Positions 47,003 through 55,105 of a stretch of DNA of 64,000 bases are shown piece after piece. The DNA is taken from positions 4,126 through 68,125 of the IMG/VR virus record IMGVR_UViG_3300011230_000030, one strand, 5' to 3'. The notes beneath the pieces were generated by a model. It ran no database searches. It was not told the origin of the DNA and saw only the letters and a program-made list of their open reading frames with translations. This DNA comes from a virus. The position numbers and the translations under genes are program-made. Positions within the stretch are counted from its first letter, which is position 1. Each line of letters starts with the position of its first letter.

Positions 47003-47905
47003 TCATGCGTAGGTGGTGAGGCGGAAGTGCTCGCGGACCAGGTCGTAGAGCCGGCCGACTTCGGCGATCTGCAGGGCGAACCGGGCATCGAACTCGGCGC
47101 GCCTGCCGTCCTCGTCACCGTGCTGCAGCTGCTCCACTGCGCCGTCCAGGAAACGGAGCTTTCGGACGATCAGGTCGTCACCGAGGACGAAGGAGAGGTG
47201 GTCCTCCAGCACCAGGGCGAGCTTGGTGACCTGCTTGCCGGTCTCCAGGTGCAGGTCGACCTCGTCGCAGCGCAGTTCGTGGTGCTGGCAACGAACGATT
47301 GCGCCGCCCTCGACTGGATCGCGCAGCTCGCATTCCTCGCCCAGGCTGAGGCCGTCGGGCAGGGCTTCACCGGCAACCCAACCGGTCAGAATCGCCCGCG
47401 GCGAAACCTCGGCATTCAAGGGCAGGGCGGGGAAGCTGCCGACCACGTTGCGCAGCTGGCTCATGGCGGCCTCGCCGGTCTTACGGCTGCTGGTGTCGAC
47501 GAACACAACGCCGCGCTGGTGGTCCAGGTACAGATCCGTGCGGGAGGGGCGGACGAAGGCACGAGGCAGCAGCTCGTGCAGCAGATCGTCCTTGATGCGC
47601 CTCCGTTCGCGGCCGCCGGGGCGGCGCCCGTCGCGTTCCTCGATCTCCAGCAGCTTGAGGTCGAGCAGGTTGTTCACCACTGCCGGCGGCAGGATCTTCT
47701 CTTCGGCGCCGATGGCCATCCACATGCAGCGGCCGATCTCGTGCGACAGCAGCTCCTTCTCTTCGCGGCCGAACGGCGAAATGAAGCCGACAGAGGACAT
47801 TTCCAGCGGGCCGACCGGCTTCAGGGCGCGCGCCTGCAGGCCGTCCTGCCAGTCGAACATCTGCAGCTGCGGGTAGGTGAACATCGTGAGGTTGCGGAAG
47901 AACAT
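47003..47905 (-). CDS. rdgC: Recombination-associated protein RdgC
   Basis: MFFRNL, GF.SP.G, EEKILP..VV, LLPRAF, GKQVTKLAL, RF.ADF-like motifs. Confidence 0.93.
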   Translation of the reverse strand: MFFRNLTMFTYPQLQMFDWQDGLQARALKPVGPLEMSSVGFISPFGREEKELLSHEIGRCMWMAIGAEEKILPPAVVNNLLDLKLLEIEERDGRRPGGRERRRIKDDLLHELLPRAFVRPSRTDLYLDHQRGVVFVDTSSRKTGEAAMSQLRNVVGSFPALPLNAEVSPRAILTGWVAGEALPDGLSLGEECELRDPVEGGAIVRCQHHELRCDEVDLHLETGKQVTKLALVLEDHLSFVLGDDLIVRKLRFLDGAVEQLQHGDEDGRRAEFDARFALQIAEVGRLYDLVREHFRLTTYA

Positions 47906-48063
47906 CAGGTGTCTCCGGTCTGTTCAGAGGTGACGCTGCTGCCTTCGGGCAGCTCGGAAAGGCCCAGGGTGTAGAGCGCGTCGTCGATCGCGGCCTGCTC
48001 GGCTTCTGCGATGACGCTGTGCGGTCCAGCCACGCCCGGGATGTGGACGTGGAAGAGCCTCAT
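47905..48063 (-). CDS. Small hypothetical phage protein
   Basis: MRLFHVHIPG...; ATGA and TGATG coupling. Confidence 0.5.
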   Translation of the reverse strand: MRLFHVHIPGVAGPHSVIAEAEQAAIDDALYTLGLSELPEGSSVTSEQTGDT

Positions 48064-48323
48064 GGTCGGCAGGCCTCTGCTATGCGCTGGAACTTGCGCG
48101 CCCAGGTGGCCAGGTCCGGCTTCATCCCCGCGCTCCAGGCGATCTGGAAGATCGTGCCGAAGCGGATCCGCAGCGCGCGCCACTGGTCCGGCGGTGCGAT
48201 CGACACCGCGCGCTGGTAGCGCTGCACGCGCGCCGCAGGGGTGATCGCTGGCGGCATACGGTCCAGGTCGTGCTGCAGGATCGCGTCGACGCCGTGGCCC
48301 AGCAGGTGCAGGTCTGCCGTCAT
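48060..48323 (-). CDS. Hypothetical phage protein
   Basis: GGAGG RBS; coupled on both sides. Confidence 0.55.
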   Translation of the reverse strand: MTADLHLLGHGVDAILQHDLDRMPPAITPAARVQRYQRAVSIAPPDQWRALRIRFGTIFQIAWSAGMKPDLATWARKFQRIAEACRP

Positions 48324-48568
48324 GACATGGCCCTCCCGTGCACCACCCAGAACAGCTCGACCAACGCCCGCGGTACTGAGGGCATTGCCCGCGTCTCATA
48401 GAACGCGGCTTCGATGATCTGTTCGAAGGTGCGGCCATTTGGCGCGCGCGCTGCTTCGCCGTCGACTTTCAGCAGGTTCATGAGGTATTCCTTGCTCTGC
48501 GGTCCCAGGTTCTCGACCAGGTCGTCGAGGTCGATCTCGGCGTCGACCGTCATGTTCACGATGGTCAT
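48320..48568 (-). CDS. Hypothetical phage protein
   Basis: MTIVNMTVDAEIDLDD...; ATGA coupling. Confidence 0.55.
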   Translation of the reverse strand: MTIVNMTVDAEIDLDDLVENLGPQSKEYLMNLLKVDGEAARAPNGRTFEQIIEAAFYETRAMPSVPRALVELFWVVHGRAMS

Positions 48569-48693
48569 GACAGCACCGCCCTGGATCCGAGGGTTGCGAA
48601 CACGCCCAGCACGAAGCCGGCGGCGGTGCCGATGGCCAGCACCCGCCGGAACAGCGCACCGGTGGCCTCGGCGATGATCTCTTCGGTCTTCAT
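48565..48693 (-). CDS. Small membrane protein
   Basis: MKTEEII...VLAIGTAAGFVLGVFA; ATGA coupling. Confidence 0.5.
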   Translation of the reverse strand: MKTEEIIAEATGALFRRVLAIGTAAGFVLGVFATLGSRAVLS

Positions 48694-48953
48694 GCGGCAC
48701 CGCCTTTGCCACGCGCCAGGGCGCGCTGGCAGCGAGGGCAGGTCACAGCATGCGATTCGCAGGCGGTCCAGCCCACGGAACGGCGGCCTGGTGCTGCTCC
48801 GCATAGCGCCTTGCCGGTGGCTTCGACATATCCGCCATGGCGCCGCACCTGCGCGGAAGGGATCGCGTGCAGGTTGGTGCCCTGGCCGCGCTCGAGGCCA
48901 TTCGCACATCGGCCGGCCAGCTTGGCCGCCAGCACTTCACCAGGCGCGTTCAT
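48690..48953 (-). CDS. Small zinc-binding phage protein
   Basis: H...ALCG...VTCPRC; flanked by 20-bp direct repeats. Confidence 0.6.
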   Translation of the reverse strand: MNAPGEVLAAKLAGRCANGLERGQGTNLHAIPSAQVRRHGGYVEATGKALCGAAPGRRSVGWTACESHAVTCPRCQRALARGKGGAA

Positions 48954-49249
48954 GCGGCACCGCCTTTGGCATGCTCAGCGAGGAAGGCCTGGATCTTCGG
49001 GGCGAGGGTGTCCGGCAGATCGAAGGCGGCAGAGCCAAGCCACAGAGCGGCGGGCGTGTCGGCGTCAGCATCGGGCGGAACTACGCGCGGCACTTTGCCG
49101 GGATGGGTACAGGCGAAGGCGATGTTTCGGAGCGTCTTGTTCTTGCCGACGAAGGTGTAGAGCGAAATGCGCCAGGAGCTGTCGCTATCCCGGGTGAGGC
49201 GAAGGTTCGCGCCGAAGCACTTGGCAGTGAAGTCGACTGGGGCGGTCAC
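48950..49249 (-). CDS. Hypothetical phage protein
   Basis: GTGA coupling; ends KGGAA. Confidence 0.55.
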   Translation of the reverse strand: MTAPVDFTAKCFGANLRLTRDSDSSWRISLYTFVGKNKTLRNIAFACTHPGKVPRVVPPDADADTPAALWLGSAAFDLPDTLAPKIQAFLAEHAKGGAA

Positions 49250-49665
49250 GCGGCACCCCCTTGGGGCATCACGAAGCGGTAGCCGCGCAGGCGGATGGTC
49301 TCGATGGCGTGCTTGTGGCCAGCGGCAGCGAGCTTGCGGCGCACGCGCGACACCAGCACCTGCAGGACGTTGGACTCCCGCGACGGCGGCTTGCTGCCCG
49401 GGTACATCGCAGCGTGCAGCGCGTCGATCTCCACCAGGCGATCAGGCGCCCCAACCAGGACCTGCATCACCACGGCCTCGGTGCGGCTGAGCTTGATGCT
49501 GCTGCCGGCGATCAGCAGGCGCTGCCCCATGATGACGGGCGCGGTATGGCTGGCAGCCTCGCCGCAGCTGCTGCAGAGATCCTTGTCGATCCAGGAGCAG
49601 CCGCCGCGGCAGGCCTGCAGCTCGGTGCAGCCGCAGATGCGGCAGCGGCGTTCGGTGAAGGCCAT
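49246..49665 (-). CDS. Zinc finger fused to OmpR/PhoB-type winged helix
   Basis: CRICGC....AC..GCSW....LCS.C; LS..E..V...L, N.L.V.VSR.R.KL, I.T.R..GY.F. Confidence 0.8.
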   Translation of the reverse strand: MAFTERRCRICGCTELQACRGGCSWIDKDLCSSCGEAASHTAPVIMGQRLLIAGSSIKLSRTEAVVMQVLVGAPDRLVEIDALHAAMYPGSKPPSRESNVLQVLVSRVRRKLAAAGHKHAIETIRLRGYRFVMPQGGAA

Positions 49666-50153
49666 CAGTGCACCTCCACGAAAGCCAGGTCATAGATGAC
49701 GCACTGCGCCCGGGCCACCACAGGGGAGGTGGCTTCCGTCGACAGGGGGACGACGGTATTGGCCCGGGCGCAGGCGTCGGGGGAAACGGAATAGGTACCG
49801 GCGACAACGGCGTCGACGGCGTCGAGCGCGAGCTGCCAGCGATAGGGGGAGAAGTCCTTGGCCAGCGCAGCGGAGACGCCGGCGGCACAGTCCGGCACGC
49901 GGCCGGCATCGTTGAAGCCGTTGAGCACTGCCTGCGCGATGGTGGTGCGCAGGCCCCAGTCGTTCTCGTTGGCCAGGGTGTAGACCTCCAGCGCCGCGCA
50001 GATGCGCGGGCTGGTGATCACCAGCGCAGCTGGTGCCCGGACGGCCTGGCCGGGTTCGTCTGTGGAAGGGGACGATGGGGAGAAGAAGGCGCCAAGGCCG
50101 GTGGCTCCGAGAGCCCCCAGTGCCAGGTACAGCGACGAAGACAGTGCAGACAT
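49665..50153 (-). CDS. Exported SleB/Hydrolase_2-like protein, probably inactive
   Basis: N-terminal hydrophobic signal; CAALEVYTLANE...IAQAVLN resembles CLA..IY.EARGE...VA.V.LN. Confidence 0.55.
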   Translation of the reverse strand: MSALSSSLYLALGALGATGLGAFFSPSSPSTDEPGQAVRAPAALVITSPRICAALEVYTLANENDWGLRTTIAQAVLNGFNDAGRVPDCAAGVSAALAKDFSPYRWQLALDAVDAVVAGTYSVSPDACARANTVVPLSTEATSPVVARAQCVIYDLAFVEVH

Positions 50154-50182
50154 GTGCTCAACCATCCGTGCTTGGGATGATG

Positions 50183-50226
50183 AGCACTCTAGTGCTTAAT
50201 TATGCCTTGTCAAGCACTTTAATGCC
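50183..50226 (-). promoter_or_regulatory. pL promoter and operators of prophage 2
   Basis: Minus strand TTGACA-16 bp-TAGAGT; AGCACTCTAGTGCT (50183-50196) and AGCACTTTAATGCC (50213-50226). Confidence 0.7.
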
Positions 50227-50807
50227 TATGGCAGTGGGGGAGGCATGGCGCGAGGCCACTTTCCGCGCTGGATCAGCGTGTCGCGAGCCGCCTTCAGTGC
50301 TTCATCCGGAAGGACCGACGGCGTGGAGGCCCAGGCGTCCTCGGCGATCTGCATCAGCTCCCAGCAGACATCGCGGGTCTCGAGGTCGTAGTAGATGCGG
50401 CTGTTAGAGGGCTGATCCCAGAACCGTGCGACCGCCAGGCGCCAAGCGCCTTCTCGTGGGTCCATTGTCTCAGGCACGTTCGCATTGCCGCCGAGCCAGT
50501 TGCCAAAGATGGCAGGCTGCCAATCGGCGGCTCGCGCCGCAAACCACCTGGCGACGCTGTACTCCGCGGTGGTGAGCACCACATCTATCTTGAGGCGATT
50601 CGTCGAGCCGTCACGAGGGTAGAGGACCGCAGTGCCTGGAGTGGGTGCGGACCACTCCCAGAATGAGTGCTGAGGGAGACGCGCGGAATCTCGGCGGTCG
50701 ACCGACGCTACGACGTAGATGGCAGGCTTCTTCTCGACACGAAGTACGGCAGCGCCAGTGGTCTCTTCGATCCACTGGCACCAGCATCCCGTCCAGAGAA
50801 GCGCCAC
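50226..50807 (-). CDS. Hypothetical Trp-rich protein downstream of the repressor
   Basis: 193-aa ORF starting 4 nt after repressor stop; start uncertain. Confidence 0.55.
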   Translation of the reverse strand: MALLWTGCWCQWIEETTGAAVLRVEKKPAIYVVASVDRRDSARLPQHSFWEWSAPTPGTAVLYPRDGSTNRLKIDVVLTTAEYSVARWFAARAADWQPAIFGNWLGGNANVPETMDPREGAWRLAVARFWDQPSNSRIYYDLETRDVCWELMQIAEDAWASTPSVLPDEALKAARDTLIQRGKWPRAMPPPLP

Positions 50808-50810
50808 GGG

Positions 50811-51194
50811 CTACCCCGCAGATCGCTGCTTAACCGCATGGCTGCCTGTGCCTCTGCCCATGGCCGAGACCAAGCGATCCACGGTTTCCCGATCCCCGGC
50901 TTCCAGGTCCATGTAGTTTCCGAGCAGCATTGACACCGACTCCAAGACAGCAGGATCTGAAGGGAAATTCGGCAGCAACAGTGCCCAAGGGGCTACGGAA
51001 TAGGCTGCTGCTATGGCGTCGACAGTCCGGACAGTCGGATTCTTGAAATGCCCGCGGCCATACGTCATGAGGTCGCCGATGGCGCGTTGAGATACTCCAG
51101 CCCGCTGAGCCAGCGCCGCCTGGGAGTCGCCGCGCGCCTGCATGAAGCGGCGGACGTTGTCTGCAATCGTTACCACTGGGTCTACTTTCGCCAT
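50811..51194 (-). CDS. XRE-family repressor (no S24 peptidase)
   Basis: SQAALAQRAGVSQRAI HTH, NPT..T.DAIA.A..V.PW.LL; divergent from cro-like gene. Confidence 0.8.
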   Translation of the reverse strand: MAKVDPVVTIADNVRRFMQARGDSQAALAQRAGVSQRAIGDLMTYGRGHFKNPTVRTVDAIAAAYSVAPWALLLPNFPSDPAVLESVSMLLGNYMDLEAGDRETVDRLVSAMGRGTGSHAVKQRSAG

Positions 51195-51267
51195 TTGTTC
51201 AGCGTAAGCACCGGCTTGCGCATTTCGGTGCTTGCCGGATAAGCATTGTAGTGCTACAAAGTCGCGC
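51195..51267. promoter_or_regulatory. OR region of prophage 2
   Basis: AGCATTGTAGTGCT (51242-51255) and CGCATTTCGGTGCT (51219-51232) match OL; TTGCCG-17 bp-TACAAA on plus, TACGCT on minus. Confidence 0.7.
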
Positions 51268-51588
51268 ATGGACGCCGATACCCTCTTGCATCAAACCGTG
51301 GTGCGCCTGCGTGCGCATGAAGGGAAGTACGCCGAGATCGCCCGGCAGAACCCGGACATCGGCTATTCGTGGCTGACGAAGCTGGCACACGGGCAGATCA
51401 CGAACCCGACGATCGCCAGCCTGCAGCAGCTGATCGAGGCGCTGAACGCCTTCGAAGGCCTGGAGCGGGGCGGCCTGGCCGAAGTGGTGGCGCAGGCCGA
51501 TCCGGTTATGGACCCAGTTATGGAACAGCGCGCCGAACCGAGCGGCGACGTGGACGCCGGCCGCATCGTGCCGCTGGAGACAGCCTGA
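51268..51588 (+). CDS. Cro-like HTH protein
   Basis: YAEIAR....IGYSWLTKLAHGQITNPTI. Confidence 0.75.
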   Translation: MDADTLLHQTVVRLRAHEGKYAEIARQNPDIGYSWLTKLAHGQITNPTIASLQQLIEALNAFEGLERGGLAEVVAQADPVMDPVMEQRAEPSGDVDAGRIVPLETA

Positions 51589-51875
51589 TGGCCCGTCGAC
51601 ACCTCAGCAATCCTCGGGAAGGGGAAGATCGAGGCCACGGCCGGGATCGCAGGGAGCTGCGCGCGCTGCGTAACCAAGTCCGGGACCTGCAGCGGCAGGT
51701 CGATGACCTCACGGTTTGCCTTGCCCAGAGGGAAGCCACGGCCCGCTGGGCTGCGACGACACTGGCGGCGATCGAGGCAGCCCGTACCCAGCCGTCGACG
51801 AAAGTCCGACCGGCCGGACTCTTCGCGCGTGCTGCTGCGGCATTGCGCGCGCTGTTTCGCCGGGGGGCGCAATGA
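51588..51875 (+). CDS. Hypothetical coiled-coil phage protein
   Basis: GGAG RBS and TGATG overlap; LRNQVRDLQRQVDDL. Confidence 0.55.
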   Translation: MARRHLSNPREGEDRGHGRDRRELRALRNQVRDLQRQVDDLTVCLAQREATARWAATTLAAIEAARTQPSTKVRPAGLFARAAAALRALFRRGAQ

Positions 51876-52007
51876 ACAGCGGCCCCCAAAAGCGCGGTCG
51901 GGCGGGCCCACTGCCACCCACCACGCCTACCGTCATGACCGCAGCGTTGCAGCGCATCGGAGCGCTGGAGCGCCGGGTGCGCGTGCTGGAGCAGCGGCAG
52001 CAGGCTT

Positions 52008-52349
52008 CTAGCGTTCCTGCTCCGATCCCGCGCGCTGCTGCTCCAACAGCCGCTCCGCTTCCCCAGCCTCCGCCAGCGCCTGTTGGCTCTGCTGCGCCTT
52101 CAGGATCTGACGTTCGATCTCCAACAGCCGAAGCACGGTCGCAGCTGCCACGTCGGCTGGGGCTTCGGGCCCGGTTTTGCCGCGCAGTGTTTGGATGGCG
52201 GCGCGAACCATCTCAAGCAGCATTTCTGTGTCGGGATGACTGCCAATGACGGCCAGCGTGAACCAGCTGTTCGCCTGCTTTTCAGCCTCCAACGCGGCGA
52301 TTCGTTCGTCGTATTGGGCGAACCGGGCTTCCAGTTCGGATGGGGTCAT
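52008..52349 (-). CDS. Antisense moron, small helical protein (paralogue A)
   Basis: TGA-CAGAAT extended -10 and AAGGA RBS; EKQANSWFTLAVIGSHPD. Confidence 0.7.
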   Translation of the reverse strand: MTPSELEARFAQYDERIAALEAEKQANSWFTLAVIGSHPDTEMLLEMVRAAIQTLRGKTGPEAPADVAAATVLRLLEIERQILKAQQSQQALAEAGEAERLLEQQRAGSEQER

Positions 52350-52578
52350 GGGGGAGATTGTCCTTTGGGCGGGCGTCGATTCTGTCAGTAGTCGGCAACA
52401 GATGCCTACGAACAAGGGTGTGCCACGTTCATCTGGAGGTGCCGAGTGATGTCTGGCGATTGCAAGCCGATGGCCGACAAGCATGTCGGCGCATCGGACC
52501 TGGTGTTTACCGCCGAAACTCGAGATCCGAGTCGACCAGGGCACTGGGCGCCGGTTTTCGACGACAACTCCGGGGAAA

Positions 52579-52884
52579 TCAGACCCCCGGATGAACCTGC
52601 TCGAAGAAGGCGCCATACCGCTGGAGCATCCGGGTCAGGGAATCTCGTCTCTGAACCGCCCAGTCTGGCGTACCCGCTTTCTCTACCTGTCCGACAAGGT
52701 CTTGGACCCGAGCCTTCAGAGCGGCTGGGTTTGGATGAGTAGCGATGAGCGCATGAATCCATAGGTCCATGGCTGCCTTCTCACCATGGAGTACGTGCAT
52801 GTCCTGAGCGACCGCCTCGAACTGTCCGCGGACGCGGTGCTGGAAGCCGTCAAAGTCAATTGCAAGTTGCTGCAAATCTGCCAT
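52579..52884 (-). CDS. Antisense moron, small helical protein (paralogue B)
   Basis: TGG-CAGAAT extended -10 and GGAG RBS; EKAAMDLWIHALIATHPN. Confidence 0.7.
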   Translation of the reverse strand: MADLQQLAIDFDGFQHRVRGQFEAVAQDMHVLHGEKAAMDLWIHALIATHPNPAALKARVQDLVGQVEKAGTPDWAVQRRDSLTRMLQRYGAFFEQVHPGV

Positions 52885-52966
52885 GGGTGTCTCCGGTTGG
52901 TGTTTGGGTTGGGTTGCACCCCCATTCTGCCAGCCGGAGGACCCGCCCTTACTACCGAGGACTCCC

Positions 52967-53494
52967 ATGCCCTGGATCGATGAAACCTGGCTGCAGGACG
53001 CGCTGGCGGCCCTGAAGGCCACGTGCGATGTCGACGCACATACCCGCAACGCGATGATCCAGTTCCTGCTGGACAACGGCTTCTGGGATCAGGAGAAGCT
53101 GAAGGATTGGACCAGCGCTGTTGCCAAGTTCAACAGCTGCCTCAACCCGAACAAGGCCGAGTTCTTCAAGATCGGCGAGCTGTGGGCGCTGATGCGCCGC
53201 TTCGGCCGCCACCAGCTCTTCCTGGCCATGGCCGCGGATCTCGGCTATGAGGTCCGCCCGATCCCCACCGAGCATCGCAGGCAGGAGCTGCTGCAGCAGC
53301 TGGTCGACGTCCAGGCGCAGTGTGCAGCCGCCGTGGAGCGCGCCGCCAGCCAGCTGGAACGCCTCAACACGCCCGCGCCGGAGCCGCGCCCAGGTGCCAT
53401 CCATGGACAGGGTCGCGCGCAGTTCAGCACCAGCCCGAGCGATTGGAGCGCGCCCATCAGGGGCAACGCCGTCCAAAGCGTGGGCTGCCCGTAA
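52967..53494 (+). CDS. CII-like phage regulatory protein
   Basis: GAGG RBS; CLNPNK.E.FK; between cro and replication genes. Confidence 0.6.
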   Translation: MPWIDETWLQDALAALKATCDVDAHTRNAMIQFLLDNGFWDQEKLKDWTSAVAKFNSCLNPNKAEFFKIGELWALMRRFGRHQLFLAMAADLGYEVRPIPTEHRRQELLQQLVDVQAQCAAAVERAASQLERLNTPAPEPRPGAIHGQGRAQFSTSPSDWSAPIRGNAVQSVGCP

Positions 53495-53511
53495 CGGGGT
53501 AGGCCTGCGTA

Positions 53512-54558
53512 ATGAGCAACGAAATCACGAAGCTCTGCTGGCCACTGCAGATGCCGCCGCCCGCAAAGGCGGTGCTGATGGCGATCGCGTGGCACGCAGA
53601 CGACTTCGGCATGGCCTTCCCGGGCTTCACCACGCTGATCGAGAAGACCTGCCTGAGCAAGACAGCACTGCTCAGCGCGATCGCGTGGTTGGAAGACAAC
53701 CAGGTGCTGACCATTCGCCGCGGCGGCAGTGACGCCGGCGGCACCAAGTACAGCAACCGATACAGCCTCAACCTCAGCCGTCTGGACAAGAACGCATTCC
53801 CGTCGAAGCCGCGGCGCGCATCCAAACCGGTTCGCCAGACGGACCGGTCCGAGAGCGATGACGATGCTGACCGGTCCGGCACGCACACCGGTACGAATGC
53901 CGGACCGGTACGCGACACGGAAGGGTTGGAAGAGACTGAAGGCTCCGACCGGTGCGCGGGAAGTACCGGTGCGCAAGAACGACCGGTACGTCTCGCGAAC
54001 TCGACCGGTACGTCTGGCGAACCTGACCGGTCCGTCTCGCGTACTCAACCGGTCCGCGAGACGGACCCTAAAGGTCATGAAAGGTCAGTAAAGGTCATTG
54101 AATCGTCAAACGCGCAGGCGCGCGACGACGATGCGGTGGTGCCGCAGCTCAGCGACGACGAGGTCAAGCGCGAGCTGATGGGCATCCCCCGATTGCCGCC
54201 GGGTCTGGACCCGCAAGTCCTGGCCAGGTTCGTGCGGCACCGCCGCGTGCTGGGGAAGCCGATGACGATCAGCGCCTGGTTGGAGCTGCAGCCGCGCTTC
54301 CGCCAGCTCACGGCCGACGGCCACGACCTCAACCGCTCCCTGCGCCAGACGATGGCTGCAGGCCTGGCACTGCCCGTAACACCGAAACCCGAGGGGACCG
54401 ACCATGCCAAAAATTCAGGCTCTGCTGCCGAACGAGTCCGACGTCGAGCAGAAGCAGACGAGCTCCGTGACACCGCTGCAGAGGCAGACGCCGCCGCCGG
54501 CACAGCAGGCGCCCTTGACGGCCCGGGCTACGCGCACGCTGTGGGTGCGCATGGCTGA
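53512..54558 (+). CDS. Phage replication initiator (N-terminal HTH, O-like)
   Basis: K.VL.A.A..ADD.G.A.P....L...T.LS......AI..LE, SNRY.L; internal iterons. Confidence 0.85.
   Translation: MSNEITKLCWPLQMPPPAKAVLMAIAWHADDFGMAFPGFTTLIEKTCLSKTALLSAIAWLEDNQVLTIRRGGSDAGGTKYSNRYSLNLSRLDKNAFPSKPRRASKPVRQTDRSESDDDADRSGTHTGTNAGPVRDTEGLEETEGSDRCAGSTGAQERPVRLANSTGTSGEPDRSVSRTQPVRETDPKGHERSVKVIESSNAQARDDDAVVPQLSDDEVKRELMGIPRLPPGLDPQVLARFVRHRRVLGKPMTISAWLELQPRFRQLTADGHDLNRSLRQTMAAGLALPVTPKPEGTDHAKNSGSAAERVRRRAEADELRDTAAEADAAAGTAGALDGPGYAHAVGAHG
53826..54098. repeat. Probable replication origin of prophage 2: 11 ACCGGT-cored iterons then three AAAGGTCA repeats
   Basis: ACCGGT at 53826, 53843, 53870, 53887, 53904, 53948, 53965, 53982, 54004, 54026, 54048; AAAGGTCA at 10-bp period 54070-54097. 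Confidence 0.8.
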
Positions 54559-55105
54559 GATCTACGGTTACCGCTGGACCAGCGCCTACGGCGAGGATCC
54601 CAGCGGCGGCGCTGCCGCGACCTGGGCGAAGGGGCTTGCCGGGCTCACCGGGGAGCAGCTGGCAGCAGGCCTGGGCTCGAGCATCGCCTCGGCTGACCCG
54701 TGGCCGCCGACCCTGCCGGAATTCCGGCTGCGCTGCCTGGGCGTGCCGAGCTTCGCCGCTGTCCGCAACGACACCAGCCGCCAGGACGGCTTCACGCGCC
54801 TGGTGTGGCAATACCTGGACGGCCATCGCTACCGCACATCGAGTGCCGACAAGAGCGATCGCCTGTTGCGGGAGGCCTACGACCAGGCGCGCGAATACGT
54901 GATGCGCGGCGGGCAGCTGCCGGACGAGCCGGTGGCGGTCCTGGGCCAGGCCGCCGTGGCCACGCCGGTACCGGCCAGCCCTGAAGCACTCCGCCGTGCT
55001 GAGCGCGAGATCGCGGAGATCTTCGGCAAGGGATCTGCAGAGCCAGGCAACGACGACCATCCGCCGGCGACGGGCAAGATGGCAGCGGCAGGGCTGGATC
55101 GATGA
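54404..55105 (+). CDS. Replication protein P-like (helicase loader)
   Basis: GAGGGG RBS; LW.RM..IYG.RW...YG, W...L.GL, WPP.LPEF...C; overlaps initiator gene. Confidence 0.7.
   Translation: MPKIQALLPNESDVEQKQTSSVTPLQRQTPPPAQQAPLTARATRTLWVRMAEIYGYRWTSAYGEDPSGGAAATWAKGLAGLTGEQLAAGLGSSIASADPWPPTLPEFRLRCLGVPSFAAVRNDTSRQDGFTRLVWQYLDGHRYRTSSADKSDRLLREAYDQAREYVMRGGQLPDEPVAVLGQAAVATPVPASPEALRRAEREIAEIFGKGSAEPGNDDHPPATGKMAAAGLDR

Noticed and set aside
53826-54098. CRISPR array or REP-type repeat
   Set aside because: Cores are only 6 bp with 11-38 bp gaps, lie inside a coding sequence, and no cas genes are present; better explained as iterons
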